Shown here piece after piece: positions 35,047 to 44,800 of a stretch of DNA of 55,085 nucleotides. A program made the position numbers and the translations under genes. Position 1 is the stretch's first letter. Each line of letters begins with the position of its first letter. The notes under the pieces are model-generated. The model searched no databases. It was not told where the DNA came from and worked only from the letters and a program-made list of their open reading frames with translations. This stretch comes from an uncultured Candidatus Bathyarchaeia archaeon (lineage in GTDB: Archaea > Thermoproteota > Bathyarchaeia > Bathyarchaeales > DTEX01): positions 1 through 55,085 of the forward strand of contig CAZEGS010000002.1 of the NCBI GenBank assembly GCA_964512445.1, written 5' to 3'.

Positions 35047-35730
35047 TTGGCGGTGTTAAGTTTGAGCTTATGGAAATACTCATTTGAATTGATTAATAAA
35101 GAGCTTGAGATAACGAGGAAGAAGAAGCAGGCCCTTGATAATCTCTTCGCAGAGAGGAAGATCTCTCAGTCAACATATGACTATCTGCAGTCAGAACTTG
35201 AAAAGGCCATTTCCGAATTAGAAAATAATCTTAGAAAGCTGAAGGAGAGAATGGCGACGAGGGCTCAGGAGCTTGAGAGTCAACTGAGCTCGCTTGAACT
35301 GCTCTTGGCAAGTCTAGAGATTCATCATGCTGCGGGAGATGTGAGTGATGAAGTCTACGAGAAAGAGAATAAGGCGATTCTTCTCGGAATCGAAGCTACA
35401 AAGAGGGAACTGAATGATATTAGAAACGCTCTGGAGGCTCCATCTGCAGAGCCTGTTGCTGAGCAGCCTGCTGAGGCTGAAGGGTCTGTTGTGGAAGAAG
35501 CCGAAGTTGAGTCTGTGGAAGCTGAAAAACCATCCGTTGAGCCTGAGCAGGTGGCGGCTGGCTATGAGGAACTTCCTAGAGAAGAGCGGGAGGAATCAGT
35601 AGTAGAGGAACAGCCTTCAGAGAGTCCAGCGGTCTCTCAGGAATCGTCAGCGGAGGAATCTCCATCCACATATTCCGAGGAGTCTTCAAGCTTCTCTTCT
35701 TGGGAGACGGAGTCCTCGTCGGAGTATTAG
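35047..35730 (+). CDS. Coiled-coil protein with an acidic Glu/Ser/Pro-rich low-complexity tail
   Basis: 227 aa. Only TTG or GTG starts are available (35047, 35053, 35062). Heptad-like N-terminal 130 aa contain two G/K-ISxxxY-type motifs (ERKISQSTYDYLQSELE; AGDVSDEVYEKENKAIL). The tail is EAEGSVVEEAEVESVEAEKPSVEPEQ...SSEESPSTYSEESSSFSSWETESSSEY. Confidence 0.55.
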   Translation: MAVLSLSLWKYSFELINKELEITRKKKQALDNLFAERKISQSTYDYLQSELEKAISELENNLRKLKERMATRAQELESQLSSLELLLASLEIHHAAGDVSDEVYEKENKAILLGIEATKRELNDIRNALEAPSAEPVAEQPAEAEGSVVEEAEVESVEAEKPSVEPEQVAAGYEELPREEREESVVEEQPSESPAVSQESSAEESPSTYSEESSSFSSWETESSSEY

Positions 35731-35830
35731 ACCATTAATTCGCTGATGATTCTATATTCTTTGTCGAGATTCTAATCTCGATGGAGTCTCAGATGGAACC
35801 TTTTTTCTGGCTGTTATAATTCAAAGATTT

Positions 35831-36622
35831 CTAGTAGAGAACTGCTGAGTATAACTCAAGAATGTTATCTCCCCTCGCTAAGACTGTTCTCCCATCAACT
35901 CTTACAACATTTTTCTTTTGGGAGATTCTGTCAGCCCTCTCGCTGTTGTGATACTCAACCTTCAGCTCTATTGGAGCATCCGGCTTGTAAGGAACAAAAC
36001 TATCTATGCTCTCCACAGTTTTTCTAGCAGCATCTCGTATCAGCCTATGAGACACTTTGGGATGAAGACATCTCGCAGCGAATCTGCTTGTAGCCTCCTT
36101 AACTGCAACTGTGAAGACCCGTCCCAGAAGATGCTCAGCCTCCCGCGTAGCTGCCAAGTCTCCGGTGACGAGTCCAAGAGGCACATCGTAATGCCCAGCT
36201 AAGGCTGCCCAAAGACCTATCTCCCCCACAGGCTTATTGTTAAGCCAGATATTATCGATTCCGACGCTTGAGAGGGTATGCGTTAAAAGTCCATTTGGAG
36301 TGCCAGCCATCGCATGTGCACCGACAGCAAACATCAAATCGAATGTTTCGTCAAGCCCCTCGAGCTCTTGGAGCCTCCTTCCCCTTATGAGCTGAGCTCT
36401 AGGATCGAGCTCTTCAAGCAGTATGCTGAAGGCTGCTCCATGACCATCCAACACCACGACTTCTTTGGCGCCGGCTTCAAACGCGCCTTCAATAGCTGCA
36501 TTCACATCCCCCGTTAGGAATCTCCTCGCAGCCTCATGTTCTCTTCCTCCAGGATTAAAATCCGGCCAGTTTCCAGCGACGCCTGTGGCTCCTTCAAGAT
36601 CAGTCATTATAAATATTTTCAC
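35831..36622 (-). CDS. dppA: D-aminopeptidase DppA family (peptidase M55)
   Basis: 263 aa. MKIFIMTDLEGATGVAG start and overall M55 pattern. Confidence 0.8.
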   Translation of the reverse strand: MKIFIMTDLEGATGVAGNWPDFNPGGREHEAARRFLTGDVNAAIEGAFEAGAKEVVVLDGHGAAFSILLEELDPRAQLIRGRRLQELEGLDETFDLMFAVGAHAMAGTPNGLLTHTLSSVGIDNIWLNNKPVGEIGLWAALAGHYDVPLGLVTGDLAATREAEHLLGRVFTVAVKEATSRFAARCLHPKVSHRLIRDAARKTVESIDSFVPYKPDAPIELKVEYHNSERADRISQKKNVVRVDGRTVLARGDNILELYSAVLY

Positions 36623-36778
36623 ATGAATCCTCCTCCAATTAGAAGAGACTTACCCTTTTTCAGTCTCTTTCAGCGATAGCTCCTTATTAACTTAATTCGA
36701 AGATCTCTGATTCTCAGCCCTACTAGATTAGTGTTTAGCTCAAACCAGATGGGTCTCTCATTTCCCAAGCTCGTCCAT

Positions 36779-37693
36779 CTACTTGAAATATGGCTCTCTC
36801 CTTCTCACAGCCTCCAAAAATAGCTCCTTCAGCTCATCCTGAGATGCTCCTCTCCTCATAGGTCCGAGAATATCGACGAGATTATCATTTCTAAAGAGGC
36901 ATGGCTTAAGCTTTCCATCGGAGGTTACACGTATCCTGTTGCAGTGGCGGCAGAATTCCGTGTTATGCATAGGTTTCACAACCTCAACTTCCCCGCCGCC
37001 CCGTAGATGATACTTCCTTCTATGATGCATCCTCCTAACAATAATCTCTTCAGCCATGCCCTCCAAGAGAGCCTCGACAGAGTCCAGGCTTACATGATAT
37101 CTCCTGTATAGATCATCTTCTTTAGGAGCCTCGAGCTCTATGATCTGGAGGATTACCCCATTTCTCCTTGCGAAATCAATCATACTCATCACTTCGTTCT
37201 CGTTCAATCCCTTCAGCAAAACCATATTCACCTTCACTGGATGAAGCCCCGCATCCTTCGCTCTTTCTATTCCAAGAGTAACCGATCTCAAAGCATCCAT
37301 ACCCGTAATTCGTCTAAACAATTCTCTAACCAGCGTGTCTAAGCTCACATTAACCCTGGCCAGCCCTGCCTTCCTTAGTTCATATGCATAATCTGAGAGA
37401 AGAATGCCGTTAGTAGTCATTGAAACCTCCTCAATTCCTGGAGTATCATGGATCCTAGAGACTATCTCGAGTATATCCTCTCTCAGGAGAGGTTCTCCGC
37501 CAGTTATCTTTACCTTACTCAAACCAAAAGAGGCGGCGATTGAAACTATTCTTTGTATCTCCTCAGGCGTCATCTCGTCTCTATGCAGAGACGACTCTCC
37601 TTCCCTATGGCAATAGAAACAGTTCAAGTTGCATCTCTGAGTAACCGATATTCGAATGCTTTCAAGAGGCCTTCCATACGGGTCTTTAAGCAT
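36779..37693 (-). CDS. moaA: GTP 3',8-cyclase (molybdenum cofactor biosynthesis protein A), radical SAM
   Basis: 304 aa. SVTQRCNLNCFYCH radical-SAM cluster, KITGGEPLLR, and C-terminal CRHCNRIRVTSDGKLKPCLF second cluster. Confidence 0.95.
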   Translation of the reverse strand: MLKDPYGRPLESIRISVTQRCNLNCFYCHREGESSLHRDEMTPEEIQRIVSIAASFGLSKVKITGGEPLLREDILEIVSRIHDTPGIEEVSMTTNGILLSDYAYELRKAGLARVNVSLDTLVRELFRRITGMDALRSVTLGIERAKDAGLHPVKVNMVLLKGLNENEVMSMIDFARRNGVILQIIELEAPKEDDLYRRYHVSLDSVEALLEGMAEEIIVRRMHHRRKYHLRGGGEVEVVKPMHNTEFCRHCNRIRVTSDGKLKPCLFRNDNLVDILGPMRRGASQDELKELFLEAVRRREPYFK

Positions 37694-37878
37694 TACTTTC
37701 TCTTCCCATGTATTCTCAGCCTATATAGCCAGCCTCAGAAGATGCTTATTTATCAAAAAATGGCTGTTCTATGATATAAATCGTACTCGAAAAAGGCTGC
37801 TTTAAAGATTTATTTTGGAGATAAAAAGGGTAAGCCTAAGTTTCGGATCTTCAAATCACGGATGTCGGCTATCTATTT

Positions 37879-38601
37879 TTGTGTTTTCCGAAAATTTATT
37901 ATGTCTCATCTGTTGAAATTCTTCTACTCATGATATCGGTTGAAGAAGTGTTAGTGACTGTTCTCCTTATCGGTTGGGTAGTCTTTGTCATGACTATCTT
38001 AACGAAGGCTCTATATGATAAGATGCGGAGACGAGGTGTAGAGCATGAAGTTGCGGTTTATTATAACAGGAAAATTATACATTTCCTTGCAGGCGGAGTC
38101 TGCGCGGCTGCTGTTCCATTCTTCTTCCAAACGCCGATTTTGCCCGTCATGGTGGCTATGTTGATGGCGATCTTTGCATTTACAGCTCACAAGATGAAGA
38201 GATTAATGTATTGGTTTCAGACAGAAAAGAACAGATATGAAGTTTCATTCTGTATAATGTGGGCTGCAATTATAGTGATGGGATAGCTGGTTTCAGGAGA
38301 TCTCTGGTTCGGCGCCATACCGGTCCTTTTCATGTCCGTTGGAGACGCGGTTACAGGAATTGTTAGAACTCTCATCTATGGTAGGAGAACAAAGTCGTGG
38401 CTGGGAAACATATTCATGGCTGTCTTCTCAATGAGCATGGGCGCCGCGCTTGGATTTGCCGGCATTCTAGCAGGCGGGGTGGCTTCAATCTTTGAACATT
38501 TCGAGTTTAATCCTATAGATGACAATGTAGTTGTGCCGTTAGTCTCATTTGCAATTCTGGTATTTGCAAAGATCTATGCGCCGTGGACATTGAGTCTTTA
38601 A
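37879..38601 (+). pseudogene. Polyprenol (dolichol/phytol) kinase / CTP-transferase-1-family membrane protein interrupted by one in-frame TAG (38284..38286)
   Basis: ORFs 37879..38286 and 38332..38601 are in the same frame. The only stop between them is TAG at 38284, and the codons after it read on as LVSGDLWFGAIPVLFMSVGDAVTG. Family motifs are split across the stop: NRKIIHFLAGG upstream, GDAVTGIVRTLIYGRRTKSWLGN downstream. Confidence 0.5.
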
Positions 38602-38725
38602 GTCCCCGCCATCAATTCTAAATTGCAGATATACTTCTAAAAATGGCCTCGAGACCGACCTTTCAAAATTTAGAAAGATCAACATATATCTAAGAAGAAA
38701 ACGACAAATTACGATTGGCGATTAA

Positions 38726-39235
38726 ATGAGGAAAACAGCCGTCTTGCTTCTCAGCTTGATCTTCCTTTTAAGCATCATCGCTTCAATAAGTTTCATAGCC
38801 TCTGCTTACGCTATCAAACCTGACAATGTTCCACTGCAGCTTGAAAAGAGAGTCTTCATCCACTACAGAAAGGGTTATGGAAAACCAGACTGGACTACTG
38901 ACAAAGGGCCGTCACCAAAGGAAGAGGATCACTCTGGCCACTACGAACTTTTAGGTAAAGGTGTGAAGTGGAAGACAACAGCAATCATATACATAGATGA
39001 TGCGGATAACGTGCAATATCTCGACAGAAATTTCATATTCAAAGCGATCAAGATATCTGCTGAGGAGTGGGATGACGGGGCATACAGCGGATGGGGAGGC
39101 ATCGATTTTGATCTTTTTGGCGGCTACTACAATATTACCAACGCATCCTTCGATACTGATTCTCCTGACGGAAGGAATGAAATCTTATTTGGGGACTACC
39201 CGCAGGAAGGAGTTATAGCTGTGACCGTTGTATGA
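38726..39235 (+). pseudogene. Secreted matrixin-like metalloprotease, N-terminal fragment only (no HExxH region)
   Basis: 169 aa. Signal peptide (AVLLLSLIFLLSIIASISFIASAYA). ISAEEWDDGAYSGWGG and GRNEILFGDYPQEGVIAVTVV resemble the region preceding the zinc site in archaeal matrixin-like proteins. Ends at TGA; the in-frame continuation GYFSGDGWS hits TAA 10 codons later. tRNA-Pro follows. Confidence 0.35.
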
Positions 39236-39321
39236 GGATACTTCTCCGGAGACGGATGGAGTTAAAATTTTAGAAAGCCGAAAACCTCATATTTGATTTT
39301 TATCAACCATCAGTATATGGA

Positions 39322-39399
39322 GGGGTCGTCGGCTAGCTTGGTCTAGGCTCCGAGCTTCGGGCGTTCGGGACCCCGGTTCAAATCCGGGCGACCCCACCA
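39322..39399 (+). tRNA. tRNA-Pro (anticodon CGG) with encoded CCA
   Basis: Acceptor GGGGTCG/CGACCCC. Anticodon stem CGAGC/GTTCG (one G-T pair) with loop TTCGGGC (anticodon CGG, G37). T arm CCCGG-TTCAAAT-CCGGG. Discriminator A, then CCA at 39397..39399. Confidence 0.85.
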
Positions 39400-39449
39400 A
39401 CGAAGAATCAAAAATCTCACACCATCTTGAGAGTGTCATAGATAATGCC

Positions 39450-39493
39450 CTTTATAAACTATTTAAAGAAATTTTTCTCGGCGCTGAGAAGAA
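39450..39493 (-). repeat. Copy C (inverted) of the ~45-nt intergenic element
   Basis: CTTTATAAACTATTTAAAGAAATTTTTCTCGGCGCTGAGAAGAA matches the reverse complement of copy B at about 39 of 45 positions. It lies 50 nt downstream of tRNA-Pro. Confidence 0.8.
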
Positions 39494-39607
39494 AAATTTG
39501 ATTCTCCGAGATCTTTTAAAATTGCTGAATGCTGTCTTGAAGAATCTTTAGAGGCTTAGATAGATATCCCATTTATGGCCCTCATTTTTATGATGAACTC
39601 CTCAGCG

Positions 39608-40936
39608 TTATCGGGAAGTAACCTTCTTTATTACCAGAACCGCCACGACTATTCCTATGACGGCTGCAGCGGCTTCTATATAGGTCATCCATGACGTCTC
39701 TCCCAAAGGCGAGATCTTGAGATTCGGATATTCGATCTCTACAGATCGAATTGACGGTAGACAAGCTCCGAAGGAAGTCTCGAAGCTGCCGACGCCGCTC
39801 TTTGATCCTCGATGAACAAGCGTGAAGAGCACTGTTTTGTCCGCCTTAATCTTATGCACTCCAGTCGGCAACCGGAAGGTGCTGTTAGGTTCAAGGGAGT
39901 ACTCGACATCGTCGAGACTTAATATTGTCTGCGTATATGCGAATAGAAAGCTCTCATCTGATGGGACGTTAATGCATGCAACTTCGCCGGCTCTCAGACC
40001 GCCAACCAGCAAGCCGCCTCCATTAGCTATTGAGAACAGGGTTGCCGGTTTATTCGTCTCAAAGAATAAGTGATACTTTTGAAAACTGAATGATCCGTTC
40101 GTCCCAGCTTTAATTGCTTCTTCTCCAAATTTAGCTCGGCCATCGAGGTCATAGAATCCTATCTTAGCATCGCTGCTTGAAGAGAAGACGAAGTCGATGG
40201 GCGGTTCGGAGCCGCCGGAATAGTAGCCAGGATAGATGCATCTCTCATAGAAGTGTCTTCCCACGAAGGCTCCTTCAAGCGAGGGAACAGCATGCGACTT
40301 CCATACGCCGGAGCCATGTCCCAGATTCAGCACAAAGAACGATTGAAACATGACGTATCCTGTTGAGGAGATCCTATACACTTTTGAGGATTCAAGAACA
40401 AAGTCCTTGAATTCATGAGGGGCTAAATCAAAACTCATCACTTTGGCTCCTGAAGAGTCATAAACCGTTACTTCCGACTTCTCCAAAGCGTAGACAGTGT
40501 AGACTCCTCCGCTGCCCTCCTCCTTGTAGAAGGTTCTAAATATGAATTCGCGGCCTATGTATCCTCCTTCAACACTAGTGTAGAACGTGCTTATAGACGC
40601 ATTTACGGTTGCTATATCGCTTCCACCAGCCAAAATGACAGTTGCAGGTTTGCTGGAGACGATCTCCAACATTGATCCGCTGGGAACATTCACTTCTCTT
40701 TCTTCCATCCTGTCGACGACGAATTTGGCTATGATCTCCATTTCGGGCAGCGAGTATATGGTGATGCCGGTTGCATCGTGGTTCCCTACTATGTAGATAC
40801 GTGTATACTCTATGTTGAGGGGGACATAGCCAAAGTAGATATACTTACCTTCGACGTTTAGTCCGGCATTACTGAGTAAAACGAGGATGCAGAGGCTAAT
40901 GAGAATCGAGAATAGAGAGGTTCTTAAAAGTCTCAA
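39608..40936 (-). CDS. Cell-surface protein (signal peptide, beta-rich ectodomain, C-terminal TM anchor)
   Basis: 442 aa. N-terminus LFSILISLCILVLLSNAG. C-terminus AAAAVIGIVVAVLVIKKVTSR. Confidence 0.55.
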   Translation of the reverse strand: MRLLRTSLFSILISLCILVLLSNAGLNVEGKYIYFGYVPLNIEYTRIYIVGNHDATGITIYSLPEMEIIAKFVVDRMEEREVNVPSGSMLEIVSSKPATVILAGGSDIATVNASISTFYTSVEGGYIGREFIFRTFYKEEGSGGVYTVYALEKSEVTVYDSSGAKVMSFDLAPHEFKDFVLESSKVYRISSTGYVMFQSFFVLNLGHGSGVWKSHAVPSLEGAFVGRHFYERCIYPGYYSGGSEPPIDFVFSSSSDAKIGFYDLDGRAKFGEEAIKAGTNGSFSFQKYHLFFETNKPATLFSIANGGGLLVGGLRAGEVACINVPSDESFLFAYTQTILSLDDVEYSLEPNSTFRLPTGVHKIKADKTVLFTLVHRGSKSGVGSFETSFGACLPSIRSVEIEYPNLKISPLGETSWMTYIEAAAAVIGIVVAVLVIKKVTSR

Positions 40937-41184
40937 ATATTGAGACCCCTAAAAAAGTTATGTTGCTATATGATACTTAAGATTTTATCCTCAAACTGGC
41001 CCAAAGACCCCAGACTTTTTACCAAAAAGAACTAGTAGACAAACTGAGGGGATTGATGGCGGTTTAGACTGAGGATTTATCGTTTCAAAGCGTCTTTCAA
41101 ATTTAAGGCTCATATTTATCTGATGATGCTAAATTTTTATATGGAGTAATCTCTCAACTCTGAGATGGAGGCTTCCTTCATCTT

Positions 41185-41799
41185 ATGAGCGTTTTATGGA
41201 TACTTGGTGAGGCTAAATCGGGAAAGTCGGAGTTGGCGGAAGAGATCTTCGCTCGTCTTCCAGGAAAGAAGTTTTATATCGGCACTCTGCCTCGAACTCC
41301 GAAATGGATGAGCACGATTGAGAAGCATGCTGCTCGGAGACCTAAGAGCTGGAAGCTGATAGAGATTACGGATGATATGGATGTGGCCGCAGAGATTATC
41401 AGACGGAGCGGCGAGTGTGAGGTTGTTTCCGTCCTTCTAGATGGATGGGGAGTTTATCTGAGAAGACGTGCGTTAAGGTGGGGAGAGGAGAACGTTAACG
41501 CCACATTAGATGATGAGATGATATTTGTTAACGAGATGTATGAGGAGTATCGCCGGCTAGTTGACGTCTGCAATTATTTGATAGTTGTGGAGCATATATC
41601 AGCGGCTCCTCCAACCCCAGATGATTATGAGGCTGACTCTGCTACTTGGCGCGTGAGGGCTGTTGTAAGCCGCTGCCTCGCCGAAGCTGATAAGGTGATA
41701 TATCATGACATAGAGGATGTCAGTCATAAAGATAGAAGATTTGTGGAGAAAATGGCAAACGAAATGATGATGCATAGTAAGGTTCACATCCAACATTAA
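41185..41799 (+). CDS. cobU: CobU/CobP-like P-loop protein (adenosylcobinamide kinase / cobinamide-phosphate guanylyltransferase family) with a C-terminal extension
   Basis: 204 aa. Aligns by eye to CobU: GEAKSGKSELAE vs GGARSGKSRHAE; FYIGT...TIEKHAARRPKSWKLIE vs LYIAT...RIQHHKDGRPAHWRTAE (His retained); LIVVEHIS vs VVLVTNEVG. Confidence 0.5.
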   Translation: MSVLWILGEAKSGKSELAEEIFARLPGKKFYIGTLPRTPKWMSTIEKHAARRPKSWKLIEITDDMDVAAEIIRRSGECEVVSVLLDGWGVYLRRRALRWGEENVNATLDDEMIFVNEMYEEYRRLVDVCNYLIVVEHISAAPPTPDDYEADSATWRVRAVVSRCLAEADKVIYHDIEDVSHKDRRFVEKMANEMMMHSKVHIQH

Positions 41800-41838
41800 A
41801 TATTCAAGAAGGCTCCGTTTTGAGTAAAGACAAGAAAA

Positions 41839-44800
41839 TCAAGAGAGCCTTGTCACTTTTAGGTCTTTGAATGGATTTTTCATACGTTCCTCAGCTGTTC
41901 GATCGTCAATTACATGACATATAATCTTGTTTTGTTTAGCAGCTTCTATTGCTAGGGCTGAGCATAGAAATGCGTCTTCCCCTGAAATACAGACTATATC
42001 AGCTCTTGAAACTAAATCTTTGATGATCTCGGTTGTCCGCTCTAAATTCCCAATATCAACGTGGGATACGGCAAATTTTGGAGGTCTAATGCCTCTTGAA
42101 ATCAGGGATTCTCGAAACTCGTCTATCTTGTCCTGCACGTCCGGCTCAGCTGATATGATGTATAGCGTGGTGGGGGAATATGCATTGACCAGATTGTAGA
42201 ATCTGCTTAGATAGGGATCAAATGTTGCTAATACCTCGCATGTCGCCGCGCTCCATTCGAGGATTATCTTTCTAACATACGCAACTGTGGTTTGAACCAG
42301 GACTTTATGATAGGCAGATGAGCTTTCAACTATACGTACTATCAGTTTTAGTTGGTATCCTTCTTCTCCCTCTTGGATGATTATGTCACTTCTTGTTCTT
42401 CCCGCCTTCTCAACAAGATAATAGTCAAAGCTTATCTTTTTTAACGCTCCTTTCTCTGGAGGCTCCTCCACAAGCTTAACTCCGCCGACTCTTCTAACAT
42501 ATTCGCTTTCATCTTTCTGTAATCTCCTAACTATGAATGACGTGAAAGGCTCGATTTCTTTAGCGATGAGTCTGATGGGTAGATCGAAGATCCACGGCTC
42601 ATTGACTTCTCTTGGACGATCAACTTTTTTGACGCTCCATTTTCTTAATAGTGACGGAGTTATAACCGTTGATGACCTTGAAGCTGGAATCAAAGAAGCG
42701 ACAATTGCTGTAAGCACGGAGAAGAGAATGGATATGATTCCCCATTCGGCCGAAACCTTTTCTCGAACCTGAATTCCGGCTATGGAGGCGAAGTGATAAC
42801 CTGATATTCCGAGGAGATAGCCTAGTCCTCCCCCTATAAATCCGATTATTGATGCTTCCGCGATGAATAGGGCGGCTATATGAGTCGGGTTTAGCCCTAC
42901 CGAGGAGAGAGTGAATATCTCGTCATCCCGCTCGACAACCGTCGCAAACATTGAAAGTCCAATATTCAACATGACCAGAGCCATGAGTGGAAAAACCAGC
43001 TCTGTTCCTCTTTCCTCAAAATATTCACTTAAGGAATACATAGCTGCGGATCCTGGATGGGAGATGAAGACTTTGTATGCATAGGTCAAAACGATCAGTT
43101 GAGCCAACGATTCATAGTTTTCATCTTTCGAGAGCTGCACGACGACGCGTGAAGTATACACTTTGGGCAGAGCTAGAGCTTTTTCGTATGTGAGTATAAT
43201 GACGTTGTCGGCTGGGCAGGGAGCGATGTATGGGGGGCTTGGAAGATGATAATAGGGCAGATAGGCTTGATCATCGATATCGATGATTTTTGATAAAGAC
43301 TCTCCATCGAAGAAGCCTCTAATTATGAATTCTTGACCGAACCCGTAAAGTTTGTCTCCGACATTAACCTTTAATCTTTCTCGAAGAGATGAGCTTACAA
43401 GTATCCCTTTTGAATCATCATCTTCTAAAAATCCCTGTGTCACACGATCGAGACCGATGAATCTTGCCTCTCTACTTGGAATTATGCCTATAACTCCTAG
43501 GATGCTTATTCGCTCTCCAGATGTCGAATATAAATATCCTAGTGGATTTTCAAAACTAACCGGATTATTCACAGCCTTGGGAGAGACTAATGTAACGTTC
43601 TCTTGAGATTCTAACCAATCAATAAATGAGTCGGGTAAAGGTATGAATGAGCCGATATACCCATCAAACGGCATATCTTTTATCAATAATGCATCGACGG
43701 GCAAGACAGATCGGATAGATCTTTTTACAAGTCCATAGCCAGGTGAGATTGAGGTTAAAGTTATAAACCCGAAGATCAACACCATGACGCTTATTAGATT
43801 AAGCAGCGTTCTCATCTTTCTTCTACGTAGATTTCGGATGCCCATCGAGAATGCTATTGCAACTGCGCTTTTCAGCTGTATCGGACGGTCCTCGCTTCTC
43901 TTCTCACGTGCAAGTCTAGAAAAAACGTATATGATTATTTTTCCGACGAGAAAGATTGTGAGGGCCAATGAGACATAAACCGTCTGAGAGACTAGACGGG
44001 ACGCTGGGAATACAAAGTAAAATATCGTGAATAATAGGAAGAAGAGGGCTGCCTCTACAATTGAAGTAGCGGAGATCGAGAATCCTCTATTGCCGCTCGT
44101 TATCTCTAAATAGATGGATTTCTCCATTATGAGGTGGGCGGATGCGAAAGCGACGAATAGCAACAATAAGAGCAAAGGGAAAAGTGCTTGTGAGCTTGAT
44201 TCAAGCAGTCCTCTAAGCATATTTTCTGCTCTTGTAGCTAGTATGTAGGAGCTTCGAACCTTTGCGAAGGACTGATCGAAGAGCCCCTTCTTTAAGAGAA
44301 ATGCGGATTCTTCGATTGCTTCGTAAGCATTAGAGAGGTCTCGTCTTTCAGTCTCAACTAGAAAGCCTGCGGTTTGGCAGTTATCGAGTAGAGTGAAGCA
44401 GGAAGCTAGTATTCCCTTTACATATTCAATGTTTGATAGGATACTGTATTCTCTGATGTCAATGTGCAGAGACTCTCCTTGCGGCAGCTTGAAATGGCCA
44501 GTCTTTCCCGTGAGGATGAATTTTTGGGAGAGGCCTGCTGGGAAACTCGCTGTGACCTGAATCTTAACTTCAGTATCAGCTGGAATGATGATTAATCTCT
44601 CATCGAAGCCGAGAAACCTCACAATATATGAGGTACCGCCGTATTCTCTAACAGGCCCCGTCCACTGATCCTTCTCCTCATTTTTCGGCTCCAAAACTAT
44701 AAATTGGTATTTTACGGCAACCTTGTTAGTCTCGACGTGTCTTGCATCTCCATCTATGTGTATGGATGCTCCTCTCTTCAAAATGAATTGATGTGAAGAA

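Noticed and set aside
35414-35602. 62-aa alternative-frame ORF inside the acidic tail of the coiled-coil gene.
   Set aside because: It is a frame-shifted reading of a GA-rich low-complexity region, so the long open frame is expected by composition alone.
38284-38286. The in-frame TAG in the polyprenol-kinase-like gene might encode pyrrolysine.
   Set aside because: TAG is used freely as an ordinary stop codon in this window (for example at 11573, 12051, 24862 and 29745). No pyl genes or methylamine methyltransferases are visible. Nonsense mutation or sequencing error is more parsimonious.
39322-39399. tRNA-Pro as the attachment site of an integrated element within this window.
   Set aside because: No second copy of the tRNA 3' segment (GGTTCAAATCCGGGCGACCCC) and no integrase gene anywhere in the 55 kb. 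Only the weaker 'scar' interpretation was kept as a finding.
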